Positions 20,704 through 30,553 of a stretch of DNA of 35,277 nucleotides are shown here, in pieces. Origin of the DNA: an uncultured Negativicutes bacterium (GTDB lineage: Bacteria > Bacillota > Negativicutes > JBAXTZ01). Position 1 is the first letter of the stretch. Every line of letters starts with the position of its first letter. The stretch lies in assembly GCA_963721525.1 (NCBI GenBank), contig CAVRJL010000002.1:1-35277 (forward strand). The letters are read 5' to 3'. A model generated the notes under the pieces. That model did not search any database, was not told the DNA's origin, and was given only the letters and a program-made list of their open reading frames with translations. A program made the position numbers and the translations under genes.

Positions 20704-22380
20704 TTATTTTGTTGCCTGTTGTACGTCATTCTTACTGCTCATCTTGTACTCACTTGTCACAAGAGTGTATTGTAAGTCAGCGGAATTTGGATAATACCGA
20801 AGACCGATTAAGCTTGTCTGCTTCGCTGCATCTGGTTTGTTTAATCTGATTTGTGCTAATGCTAACCTAAAATAAATATCAACTATGTGTTGATGGTTAG
20901 TTATGGAGTTTGTAGAATTAAACGCTTTAGAATAATATTCTTCTGCCTTTTGTAGATTTCCAGTAGACTCGTACGCAACACCTAAGTCATAAAGATTAAT
21001 GCCATAAGGATAAAGGTTTACTGATTTTTGAAGATGCATGATACTTTGGGGAATATTTCCTTCCTGCATATATTCTGCGCCAAGACTTGACTCCAGTTCA
21101 TAATTGCCTTCAACCTGCGTATCATGGGATAAGAGTGTTGTTTCATCATAGTAGTTTGTATTTCTTAACATTGTTCTAAGAGAAAAAATTATCAGTATAC
21201 TGATTGCAAATGGAAGTAAAAATGGTTTAACAAGCGGCTTCTTTATTAATAGCTGTATACCTACTCCTATCATTCCTAAAAGACCAATCATTGGGAAGTA
21301 AAACCAACGATCGGAGACTGTCATATCTAATGGGGAAAATGGTAGATGTAAACCAACTCCTATCAAGAACCAAATAAAAAAGAAACAGAACACTTTAAAA
21401 AGCGCTTTATTGTATTTCCAAAGATAGAGAGCTATTCCAAATATACATAGAAAAAAGAAGGAATCTAGTAACAAAGGTAGATAAAAACCACTAAAATTGA
21501 TTGATGAAATCGTCCAAAATTGTTCAATTGCTAATTTTGATGGGAAAAGAAACGTTTTTATGTAATAAAAAAATATGGCAGGTATGTTGATTAACTTTTG
21601 ATAGAACGATAGATGTGCGATCGGGACAAATATAACTTCACTTGGAGTATTCGATTGTAAAGTAAAAGTAAGAAGTTCCTTTCCAATTGTAATTCTGCAT
21701 AATAAATAAGCGGCACTTGCACTAAGAGAACAAAGGAAAATATATTTGAAATGTTTTTTCAGAAATAGAAAAGAAAATAGTGCGACAACGATTACATAAA
21801 GAACTCCTTCCTCTTTTGTAAGTAAAGCAAGAAATAGTAATAATGTAATGAAAAAATATATTTTCTTTGTCAATTTAGTTTTTTGGACTAATAATAGAGA
21901 AAGTAAGCCAAATAAAGAAAATAAAGGACCAACATTTCCCGCTATATATGATGCTGATTCAACATTCATTGGGTGGACAAGAAAAATAAGTGAGAGAAAT
22001 AAAGATAGTACCCTATTAAAAAAATATGTTAATACAATAAAAAGCAGAGCAACTACAAATATATGGATACTTAATTGAAATAGGTGATAATAGAAAGCAT
22101 TTTGTTGAAAAAAGAGATAGATGATTGAAAAAAGCCAAGCTGTAAAGGGCCGATAATACGTTCCATTATTAAATATACTTGGTCCAAATATTTTCGCAAA
22201 ATTAATTGTATGAATCTCAGAATTATTGACTATAAAAACAATATCATCCCAGACAAAACCATTAAAAAGAGAGTTAAAGAAAACAAGAAATCCAATGATC
22301 GATATACATATGATTGCTTTTTTTGCCGTGAGGGGAATAAATAAGCTTTTAAAAGAGAATTTTTGATTCGTTGGTTGCAT
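20704..22380 (-). CDS. TMTC-like GT-C/TPR glycosyltransferase, paralog 5 (intact, 558 aa)
   Basis: FVWDD, YYRP, HPMNVES, TKEEG, SDRWFYFP, TPRs (LYDLGVAYESTGNLQKAEEYYSKA). Confidence 0.88.
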   Translation of the reverse strand: MQPTNQKFSFKSLFIPLTAKKAIICISIIGFLVFFNSLFNGFVWDDIVFIVNNSEIHTINFAKIFGPSIFNNGTYYRPFTAWLFSIIYLFFQQNAFYYHLFQLSIHIFVVALLFIVLTYFFNRVLSLFLSLIFLVHPMNVESASYIAGNVGPLFSLFGLLSLLLVQKTKLTKKIYFFITLLLFLALLTKEEGVLYVIVVALFSFLFLKKHFKYIFLCSLSASAAYLLCRITIGKELLTFTLQSNTPSEVIFVPIAHLSFYQKLINIPAIFFYYIKTFLFPSKLAIEQFWTISSINFSGFYLPLLLDSFFFLCIFGIALYLWKYNKALFKVFCFFFIWFLIGVGLHLPFSPLDMTVSDRWFYFPMIGLLGMIGVGIQLLIKKPLVKPFLLPFAISILIIFSLRTMLRNTNYYDETTLLSHDTQVEGNYELESSLGAEYMQEGNIPQSIMHLQKSVNLYPYGINLYDLGVAYESTGNLQKAEEYYSKAFNSTNSITNHQHIVDIYFRLALAQIRLNKPDAAKQTSLIGLRYYPNSADLQYTLVTSEYKMSSKNDVQQATK

Positions 22381-22415
22381 GTAGATATCCTAGCATTGTT
22401 TAATGTGTGTATCAA
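22381..22415 (-). promoter_or_regulatory. sigma70 promoter of paralog 5 (same geometry, different sequence)
   Basis: TTGATA (22415-22410), 17 nt, TAGGAT (22392-22387), 6 nt, ATG. Confidence 0.7.
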
Positions 22416-22485
22416 TTACAGTAGGAGTGGTATAAATCTTTTTTTCTATATATTTGTAGCAATATCGTAAATAAAGATAATTTGC

Positions 22486-22542
22486 TGATATATGGGCCAA
22501 TGTCCAAAACAGAGATATATGGCCATTTATCAAATATCGGGA
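22486..22542 (-). repeat. Tandem TGTTTGGGAYAT-family sites
   Basis: + strand tgatatatgggccaatgtccaaaacaga followed by gatatatggccatttatcaaatatcggga. Confidence 0.75.
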
Positions 22543-22635
22543 CAATACTACTATTAAAATTTAATATGGCGAGAGACTTCACTGCAGAGGTCTGTTGATA
22601 TTTTGGTAGATTCTGATTTATTTTATACTATTTAT

Positions 22636-22974
22636 CTACGACAATTGAAAAACTTTTACTAATTTATTTTTTAATTCAGGGATGAGTTCGTCAGGTAATG
22701 ATCCTTGTCCTTCTTTTAAAACATTTGATTGAAACGTAACGAGTCGATGGAGCTTTAAAACGGATTTTTGTATTAATCCTGTTGAAGAAAAATATGCCTC
22801 TTTAGGATCAAGAATGATATCTGTTTCCAAAATCTCATCTAATTGGGTTGTCACATAGGCAACTATCACTTGTTGATGCTTACCGAACGCGGAAGAAATA
22901 ACAAAAGCAGGGCGAGGTTTTCCCTTGTTTGCATCATTTGCAAATGGAAATGTAACACTAACTAGCTCGTACAT
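22636..22974 (-). CDS. PemK/MazF-family toxin
   Basis: ELVSVTFPF...GKPRPAFVIS...VTT...GL...SVLKLHRLVT. Confidence 0.85.
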   Translation of the reverse strand: MYELVSVTFPFANDANKGKPRPAFVISSAFGKHQQVIVAYVTTQLDEILETDIILDPKEAYFSSTGLIQKSVLKLHRLVTFQSNVLKEGQGSLPDELIPELKNKLVKVFQLS

Positions 22975-23245
22975 ATGGTTTTGGAGTAAACGGTTTTAGC
23001 TTTTCTGGGTGAGCAATATTATTAACATTAAGCGTTTTGTCCATTTTAGACCATTCGTAAAATAATTGAGATGAGACTATATCCATTTCATTTGGATTCA
23101 TTTCAGTATTTTTTGACTGTGCAAAAGTCCCAACAGCCATTTTAATAAGCTCTGTAGTATTTAACGTGCCCAAGGTTGATTGGCGTAAAATTTGGAGAGC
23201 TTTTTCCAAATCTGGAGTAACGGTAAGACGGATAGTTTGTGACAT
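22958..23245 (-). CDS. Putative cognate antitoxin (RHH-like N-terminus)
   Basis: 95 aa, overlaps the toxin start; beta-alpha-alpha-like TIRLTVTPDLEKALQIL...TTELIKMAV. Confidence 0.65.
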   Translation of the reverse strand: MSQTIRLTVTPDLEKALQILRQSTLGTLNTTELIKMAVGTFAQSKNTEMNPNEMDIVSSQLFYEWSKMDKTLNVNNIAHPEKLKPFTPKPYVRAS

Positions 23246-23247
23246 AT

Positions 23248-23283
23248 AATGGCTATATTATACCATAAATAGCCATTTGTCAA
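23248..23283 (-). promoter_or_regulatory. TA promoter with operator-like inverted repeat
   Basis: TTGACA (23283-23278); AATGGCTAT-N12-ATAGCCATT (23248-23277) spans the -10 region. Confidence 0.75.
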
Positions 23284-23311
23284 CCATAATTATGAATTTG
23301 ACTTCTCACGA

Positions 23312-23385
23312 TGATATATGGGCCAATTTTCCAAACAAAAGACAATTATATTCTTATTCGTAGCGATGTCCCAAACAGCGGGAAT
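23312..23385 (-). repeat. Two TGTTTGGGAYAT-family sites (cores 23326-23337, 23366-23377)
   Basis: + strand tgatatatgggccaattttccaaacaaaaga and cgtagcgatgtcccaaacagcgggaa. Confidence 0.8.
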
Positions 23386-23485
23386 TTATTTTGAATCAAT
23401 AGATTAATAAGGCATTACAGATCCTAACTAATCTAAGTGATTTATCCTAACCAGCTGCGTTGCTAAATAATGGATTTATTTCAAA

Positions 23486-23878
23486 TTATGGTTCTGAAAC
23501 ACTAATAGTGTGAATTGAAGAAAGTCTTTTGTCGTAGGTATAAAGGGTCATATTCCCTAATTCTGCAAATGCTGCTAAATAAGAGTCAATGTATGAAATA
23601 TTATTGTCTTTCCATATTTTTAAAGCTCTTCCAATTAGGAACGCATTACATTCAACACTATCTACATGAATTAACGCCATTACTTTATCAATTACCTCCT
23701 GTTTTTCCAGAGAGTAGTATGAATTTAGTACCCATATTATTTCAGCAATAACAGTATCAGGAATAATATTGTGGTTACTTGAGTCTTTTAAAAGTCGTTC
23801 AACGCGGGAGACTTTTACAGGGTCGTCATTAACAAAGAAACGGATAATAAGATTAGTATCAATTAAGTTTTTTGACAT
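23486..23878 (-). CDS. vapC: PIN-domain toxin (VapC family)
   Basis: IDTNLIIR, VIAEIIWVL, SYIDS, TYDKRL acidic PIN residues. Confidence 0.9.
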   Translation of the reverse strand: MSKNLIDTNLIIRFFVNDDPVKVSRVERLLKDSSNHNIIPDTVIAEIIWVLNSYYSLEKQEVIDKVMALIHVDSVECNAFLIGRALKIWKDNNISYIDSYLAAFAELGNMTLYTYDKRLSSIHTISVSEP

Positions 23879-24110
23879 ACTTAACTATTAGGGCGTCTTC
23901 AACAGCTTTTTCCATAGCTTCAATATTAAAGGGTTTATGAGATTTAATAGAACCTTTAAGAGCAAAAAAGTCAGCAACAGGTTTAATTGATACGGTATTA
24001 TCATTAATTTCAAACACTATTTTTGTGTTTGGCTTAATTCCAAGCAACTGACGAATTTGGACAGGAATTGTAGCTTGTCCTTTTTGAGTTACAGAAGTTG
24101 TAAATTGCAT
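23859..24110 (-). CDS. vapB: AbrB/MazE/SpoVT-family antitoxin
   Basis: VTQKGQATIPVQIRQLLGIKPNTKIVF. Confidence 0.88.
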   Translation of the reverse strand: MQFTTSVTQKGQATIPVQIRQLLGIKPNTKIVFEINDNTVSIKPVADFFALKGSIKSHKPFNIEAMEKAVEDALIVKYVKKLN

Positions 24111-24158
24111 ATTAATACGATATCAAAAAAGTATTACTATGTCAATAGGGTAATACTT
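24111..24158 (-). promoter_or_regulatory. vapBC promoter with operator-like inverted repeat
   Basis: TTGACA (24145-24140), 17 nt, TATCGT, 6 nt, ATG; AAGTATTAC-N12-GTAATACTT (24129-24158) straddles the -35. Confidence 0.75.
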
Positions 24159-24250
24159 ATTTGTGTGTTAGGAAAAACGAATAAGAGAGCACATTACGCA
24201 CGAATAAAACATTCTTTCGTTGGCTGTTCCCAACGGTGAATAGTTAAAAC

Positions 24251-24277
24251 GGGCCAATATCCCAAACAAAAGATAAC
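24251..24277 (-). repeat. TGTTTGGGAYAT-family site (core 24257-24268)
   Basis: + strand gggccaatatcccaaacaaaagataac versus gggccaattttccaaacaaaagacaat at 23320. Confidence 0.8.
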
Positions 24278-24325
24278 TCGTGCGTAAATATTTCAATAAT
24301 ATTCCCAGTTCAAGAAACTTGATGT

Positions 24326-24838
24326 ATGATACATGTAATGGATCTTTCTAATAACTCTATCTCTTTAGCAGGTGAATTTGCAGTACTATCTCAGTTGGCC
24401 TTACGTGGTTTTGATGCAAATATGACGCTGGGCAATACAAAAAGCGTAGATATTCTAGTATCTGATCCACAACAAAATAGATTGTTTAAAATTGAGGTAA
24501 AAACTCATTATAGAGTAACTCCAACTCAATCTAAGTTATTTGGGCATCATTTAGGTTGGATGATGTCGCAAAAACACGAAAACATTATTGATCCAAATCT
24601 ATATTATGTCTTTGTTAATATTGGTAATGACTCTAGAATATTCAGATTTTTTATTGTTCCCAGTGTAATTGTAGCTAACTATGTGAAAGAACAACATATA
24701 TATTGGCTTTCTCATAAATTGAGTGAGGAGAGTGATTCTTCAATTCGTAGTTTTAGAATAGGTTTGGATGATGGGGTTTACGCAATACAAACACCTTTGG
24801 CAAAAGATTTTGAGAATAAGTGGGAATTTACGCTTTAG
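24326..24838 (+). CDS. PD-(D/E)XK nuclease-family protein
   Basis: AGE.AV...L..RG, VDILV, IEVKT (E...D...ExK). Confidence 0.75.
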   Translation: MIHVMDLSNNSISLAGEFAVLSQLALRGFDANMTLGNTKSVDILVSDPQQNRLFKIEVKTHYRVTPTQSKLFGHHLGWMMSQKHENIIDPNLYYVFVNIGNDSRIFRFFIVPSVIVANYVKEQHIYWLSHKLSEESDSSIRSFRIGLDDGVYAIQTPLAKDFENKWEFTL

Positions 24839-24938
24839 TGATTAATGTAAGTTTAGGAGATCAGTGTATCAAGGCCACTATTATATACAACTAGAGGAAG
24901 TATAAGAATTATAGTGCTATAATCGAAAGAGCATAAAC

Positions 24939-27900
24939 ATGAATCTTTTTAACCCTAAAATTCTTCAACAACGACTCGCTGCTTTTGATTTTCCTACCGG
25001 AGAAAAGTCACAACAGATTGCTAAAGGTATTACTGGTTGGCAAACTGCACTAAAAGATCGGGATTTGGCTAAAACAAAAGAGAAAACCATACAAGGATTA
25101 TTTTTACAAAAGTTTTTTGGAGAGATCCTAGGCTATACATTAGTTTCAGAAAACATTGAAGAATGGAATTTAATCCAACATCCCACCTCAGAAGTTGATG
25201 CACAAGAACCTGATGGCTCACTTGGCTTTTTTACTAAAGAAGAAAAAATTACCAAGGCGGTTATTGAGCTTAAAGATGCAAAAACCTCACTTGATAAAAA
25301 ACAAACTGGACGGGGAAAAGGCTATACACCAATTGAGCAAGCATATTTGTATTCAACAAAGTTTGATAGATGTAACTGGATTATCGTGTCAAATTTTAGA
25401 GAGATACGACTATATAATGAAAATCGTACACAGGATTATTTTGAAAAGTTTGATGTGTTGGAGCTTCATAAAGAGGGAGAGTTTAAGCGCTTTTATTATC
25501 TTCTTTGCAAACAGAACTTACTTTCAAAAGCAGCAGCATCAATTATTGATGACTTGGCCAACGATACAACTGTAGTCAATGAAGATATTACCAAAAAGTT
25601 TTATGGAGAATATAAAAACGCTCGTTTAAGTTTATTTAATCACCTTGTAGAGCACAATCCCACGATAGATAAAACAATCTTACTTGAAAAAGCACAAAAG
25701 ATTATAGATAGATTTATTTTTATTCTATTTTGTGAGGATACCGGTAATTTGATGCCTCAAAATTTAGTGAAAGATACGTATGAATTTGGGATTCGATCAC
25801 GAGAGAGAAGCGATGAGCGGGTATGGCGAGAATATAAAAATTTGTTTATGGATATTGATGTCGGAAGAAGTGATATAGACCCTAAAATAAACAAGTATAA
25901 TGGAGGGCTTTTTGCAAATGACGAGATTTTAAATAATCTAAAAATAAAGGATTCAATTTGGAAGGCACTAGTTGATCTAAATACCTATGATTTTGAAAGT
26001 GAGCTAAATGTAAATATTTTAGGACACATTTTTGAGCAAAGTATTAGTGATTTAGAAGCTTTAAAAACATCAATTCATCTTCTCACGGAGGATGGGAATT
26101 ATTTAACGACAGAAAACGGTGATAGATTAATAGCAGAGCAGGAAGATATACAAATTGTTGAAAAAAAAGGGGAGAAGAAAGAAAGAAGGAATTTTTTATA
26201 CGCCTGAATTTGTCACCCAATACCTTATCGAAAATGTTGTCGGCCGTTTTCTTGAGGATAATCCGAACAAACTTGAGAGTATAAAGATACTGGATCCCGC
26301 CTGTGGGAGTGGTGCGTTCTTAAATCAAGCACATACGTTTCTCATGAATGAATATAAAGTGAGACATGAACAACGGCTAGTAGAGCAAACAAATAAGCGA
26401 CAACTAGATTTTTCTGACGTAAATTTAGCCGAAACGAATAGGAGCATATTACTTAATAATTTATATGGAGTCGATTTAAACCCTGAAAGTGTCGAGATAA
26501 CTAAATTGTCGTTGTGGCTTAAGACTGCACGTTCATCTGAACCTCTCCAAAATCTTGATAAAAATATTAAGTGTGGCAATAGTATAGTTGATGATCCGGA
26601 GTATGCCGGATCACGAGCCTTTCACTGGCAAAAAGAGTATCCTGAAATTCTTAGAGATGGTGGATTTGATGTCATTATTGGTAACCCTCCATACGTGCGA
26701 CAAGAGTTGATAAAAGACATAAAGCCATATTTGGAAAATAAATATAAAGTATACTCCGGTGTGTCTGATTTATATGTGTACTTTTTTGAGAAAGCCCTAG
26801 ATCTCTTAAGAGATAACGGATATTTCGCATTTATTGTCTCGAGTAAATTCTTACGCGCTGATTATGGAAAGAAACTTACTCAGTATCTACAACAAAATTA
26901 CACTATTCTTGAGTTAATCGACTTTGGAGATTTACAAATATTTGAAGGTGCTACAACTTATCCTTGCATCATTACTATTAAGAAGAAAAAACCCGAGGAC
27001 TTGCAGCAGGTGAGCTTTCTCAAACTAAAGTCTTTAGATGTGGTTAGCGACTTAGGAATGGCCATGAAAAAGGAAGGGCAGACGATTGAGATTAAGAAAG
27101 ACGATGAAAATTGGCAATTGAGAACAATAGAGGAAAATAACATATTATTAAAACTTAAATCAAATAAAAATATTTTGGACGATTTTGCTGATAAACAAAT
27201 ATTAAGGGGAATAATTACTGGCTTCAATGAGGCTTTTATAATTAATTCTAATACTAAAGAAAGATTAACTAGGGAAGATCCAAAATGTGTTGAAGTTATT
27301 AAACCAATTTTTATCGGGAAAGATATCAATAGGTATGATGCTACATGGCAAGAGCTCTGGTGTATCGTCTTACCGGCAGGATGGACAAATAATAATAGGG
27401 GGGAAGAAGATCCAGAAGCTTATTTTCAGACGTATTACCCTTCTATTTACACTCATCTTAGGAATGTTCAATCTGCCTTTAATAACAATAATGGGAATGG
27501 TGATGCTAGAAAAAAAGGGTTGTTGAATCGAGATGATCAAGGAGACTATTGGTGGGAACTAAGACCATGTGTCTATTATAAATTGTTTGAACAACCAAAA
27601 ATTATTTGGGGTAATTTGTCCACGCATGCTTCTTTTTCTTATGATTCAAAAGGTTTTTATATCAGCGCGCCTGCTTGTTTTATTCCAACCAAAGAAAAGT
27701 GGCTACTAGCTATATTAAATTCACCAATCTCAAGCTACTTTTTGAGAATTACAGCGATTGAGCGACAGGGTGGATTCATAGAACAAAAACCAATGTATGT
27801 TAAAGAAATTCCAGTACCTAACCTCCCCAGCGAGCTAAAATCTGTTTTGTCAAGTGAGGTAGACTTATTATTACAGTTATATAAGGGGGAACAGGAACTC

Positions 27901-28236
27901 ACTTATCAGTCGTTGGAATTATTAAAGACTGAATATGCCAACATCAAAATTACTAAAAAGTTAGAAAATTTTTTATCGTTAGGTTGGAATGAATTTATAG
28001 AAGAATTAGAAAAGCAAAAGATAAAACTTTCCTTACAGAAAAAAGATGAATTAACTAAATGGTTTCGAGAGAAACAAACACGTTTCCAAAAAGCAGAGCA
28101 ACAAATTAAAACAATTGATGAGTCGATGGACAAGGAAATATATAAGATTTACAAACTTTCCAATAGCGACATACAGATAATTTTGAATAATATTCACCAA
28201 AATATTTCACAAAAGGATTTACCCGCAATATCATAA
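24939..28236 (+). CDS. Type IIG restriction-modification enzyme (nuclease + N6-adenine MTase + TRD), one frameshift near 26165
   Basis: EPDG...IELK nuclease, YNGGLF, ILGHIFEQ; then GIFYTP, LDPACGSGAFL, IGNPPYVRQE and a TaqI_C-like TRD. Confidence 0.9.
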
Positions 28237-28478
28237 ATGTCTGACTACATGAGCTTTAGGTCTTCTATATAAATTATAATATTTTTTCTTTCGAATTTAT
28301 TTAATGTATGTTTGAACCTAGAATTTATTTTTAAGGCATTTACTGTGCATGGAATTGGTTGTTTTGAAAGTTGATCTAAACATTTATATGGAGTAGTAAA
28401 AGAATTATAGTGTACTATTATATCTTAATTTAATATAATTATTAATGTAATTGTATTATTATTCGAGAGTTTTTAGTA

Positions 28479-29300
28479 CTAAAAATTATTAAACCATGCA
28501 GTATCAATCTCAAGTATTTCTTTAGTGATAACCTTAACTCCTAAGCCTAGATCGCACATTTTTTGTGCTAGCTCATCTCCCTCTACTAAATCTATTGGTA
28601 TTGATCCATCTCTATTTGCTTCTTGTTTTGCGTCTCGTGTGAAAGTACCCGTTGTAATAAAAAGACCTTTATCAGCTCTTCCAGACATTGTACCTTTAAA
28701 CTCTCGGATTTCTTTGGAAGAAACACTTCCTTTGTATCTTTTACATTGAAAAATAACTTTAAAACTTAAAAATCCGCCAATTTTAATTAATCCTGTTCCA
28801 TCTATTCCACCATCACCTGATTTTCCTGTTACATTGACTTGTATAAAACCAGCTTCTCTTAAAATTCGTTGACATAATCTTCAAAATCTTTTGGCGACAA
28901 ATTTTTTAAGATTGTCAGTAATTCATCCTTCCATGAGTCAATGTCTGTATTCCCAAATTGTTCTACAATTTCTCCAGCAAATTTACTTAAACCTTTTACG
29001 AAAGTATTGACTTTGTCTTTATCGACATTCGATGTATTTTTGCCTAGCGATGTTAGTACCCAAACACCTCTTGAAGAATTTTCTAGTAATCCGTATCTTT
29101 TTAAATAGTTCCTTGCCCAAGCCAGACGATAATTTAGTACAGTTCTATTTCCCTGATGAATTTCGTTAACTTCTCGATCTGAAAGATTAAGGATACTTGC
29201 TACTTTCTGTTCCTGCTCGGCAATTGATGCAGGACCCGCCCAATTCGTGAAGTGCTTTTAGTAATGGATTGAATAACCCATCGTATTTTGGTATTGCCAT
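28479..29300 (-). CDS. mrr: Mrr-family type IV restriction endonuclease (frameshifted)
   Basis: From ATG 29300: MAIPKYDGLFNPLLKALHELGG...YRLAWARNYLKRYGLLENSSRGVW (Mrr N-terminal domain); then VTGKSGDGGIDG, FQCKRYKG, GLFITTG.FTRDA. Confidence 0.88.
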
Positions 29301-29441
29301 ATATGTATTTTATCAGATCTCCGCAATGTTTTAATTTTATCTTTAGTGCCTGCCTACAGCTGGTTGTTTTGGAGATACAAGGATATCCTATCTTTATTAT
29401 ATTGTCTAATTACTAAATTCGCGTTATAGTTATTTGCGCGT

Positions 29442-29995
29442 TTATTCGTTTGTAGATTGTGCTACATTTTTTAAATGTTGTTCAACATTTTTAAATGCAG
29501 CACGTACATTGTTTGCTTGGTCGTCTATATCTGACACTGTCCAGTCAAGAGCCATAGCTACATAACTTTCATCTCCTAATGTTTGACTGTGAGAGTCTCT
29601 ATTAGCTATGTCATAGGTAATCATAGAATTAAAAATTCTAACTTCATTATAAGCAATAATTAACTGGTTACCTAGCTCTTCAGGTAATAAATATATAAGT
29701 CCTTTATAGATATTCCACGCTTCAGTTACGAAAGGTACCTTTCTATTTCTATTTGCCCTTTTCATTCAACTGAAGATTTTCTTGAGCTTCAATAAATAAC
29801 CCTCTGATCATAGCTTTTTTTCTCGTCTGTAATTTTTTTCAACTGTCGATCTCTTGCTTGTCTTGCAAATTCATTTGCAGTTACCCTCAAAGTAAAATAA
29901 GCAGTTAAGATCGCGAATACTCAGACAGAACCCCCAACCAACCCTCCTGAAACTGCACCCCAATTGCCGTCTTTTAAATATAACAGTAAATTCAT
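29442..29995 (-). CDS. Hypothetical protein with N-terminal TM helix (interrupted)
   Basis: ATG 29995 lies 7 nt after TATAAT; MNLLLYLKDGNWGAVSGGLVGGSV, in-frame TGA, VFAILTAYFTL; must join ORF 29442-29765 through indels. Confidence 0.5.
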
Positions 29996-30059
29996 TTGGT
30001 CTATTATAGCACTGCTATTATATAGTTTTGTTTGTGGCACACGATTTTTTAGTATACTT

Positions 30060-30216
30060 TTCGTGCCTATTTTCTCGCTGTTTGGGATATTCTCAATTCT
30101 TCAGTTGTGCCTATTTTTTTTGGTTGGGATTATCAGTATCGGTTTAATGGTGATTAAGCATCATTTTGTGCGTAATTTTTTGTTTGGGATAGGCCGTATT
30201 TAATTCTGTTTGAGTA
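30060..30216 (+). repeat. Cluster of four TGTTTGGGAYAT-family sites (cores 30079, 30121, 30181, degenerate 30207)
   Basis: gtgccta-N9-tgtttgggatatt; gtgccta-N7-tggttgggatt; gtgcgta-N6-tgtttgggataggcc; tgtttgagt. Confidence 0.8.
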
Positions 30217-30230
30217 ACGGAAAAAAGCCA

Positions 30231-30268
30231 TTGACAAGACTTTATCAAACCATTATAATTATATTATC
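30231..30268 (+). promoter_or_regulatory. Consensus sigma70 promoter of the RelBE-like operon
   Basis: TTGACA, 17 nt, TATAAT, 9 nt, ATG. Confidence 0.85.
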
Positions 30269-30553
30269 ATGAATAAAACAATCCTTCAAGTACCATTAAG
30301 TCAACAGATCAAAAATGAAGCTGAAAAAGCAGCTACAGCCCAAGGATTTTCTTCCTTACAAGAAGCAGTTAGAATATTTCTAAATAAACTTGCTCAGGGT
30401 GCAATACAGGTAACTTTTGAGGAAACGATCCAGTTATCTGAAGATGCAACAAATCGTTACAATAGAATACTTGCTGATATAGAAAACAATAAAAATATGA
30501 ATGAGGCAGAAAACATTGATGATTTAATGAAGCAACTTCATAATGCGTCTTAA
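30269..30553 (+). CDS. RelB/DinJ-like antitoxin
   Basis: ILQVPLSQQIKNEAEKAATAQGFSSLQEAVRIFL; acidic tail NIDDLMKQL; overlaps the toxin start. Confidence 0.75.
   Translation: MNKTILQVPLSQQIKNEAEKAATAQGFSSLQEAVRIFLNKLAQGAIQVTFEETIQLSEDATNRYNRILADIENNKNMNEAENIDDLMKQLHNAS

Noticed and set aside
23400-23460. Classical attC sites (GTTAGGA-like heptamers on the minus strand)
   Set aside because: No matching RYYYAAC box or long hairpin follows the stop codon, and there is no intI gene.
13117-24874. Shared tcagtgtatca(a)ggc at about 13117 and 24861
   Set aside because: Only two short copies; compatible with chance.
26158-26175. Programmed -1 frameshift at the A8G4 tract (contains AAAAAAG) in the R-M gene
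   Set aside because: Joining the two ORFs needs a +1 shift, not -1; an extra base in the homopolymer explains it.
29921-29923. In-frame TGA as Gly (genetic code 25)
   Set aside because: Gly would fit the helix, but other genes end at TGA (4187, 32732) and long ORFs have no internal TGA; a single substitution or error is likelier.
29964-30203. 79-aa hydrophobic ORF
   Set aside because: TTG start, overlaps the opposite-strand gene start and promoter, and its Phe-richness comes from the T-rich repeat cluster.
30060-30216. CRISPR array
   Set aside because: Repeats are degenerate, spacing is irregular (26-60 bp), and there are no cas genes in the window.
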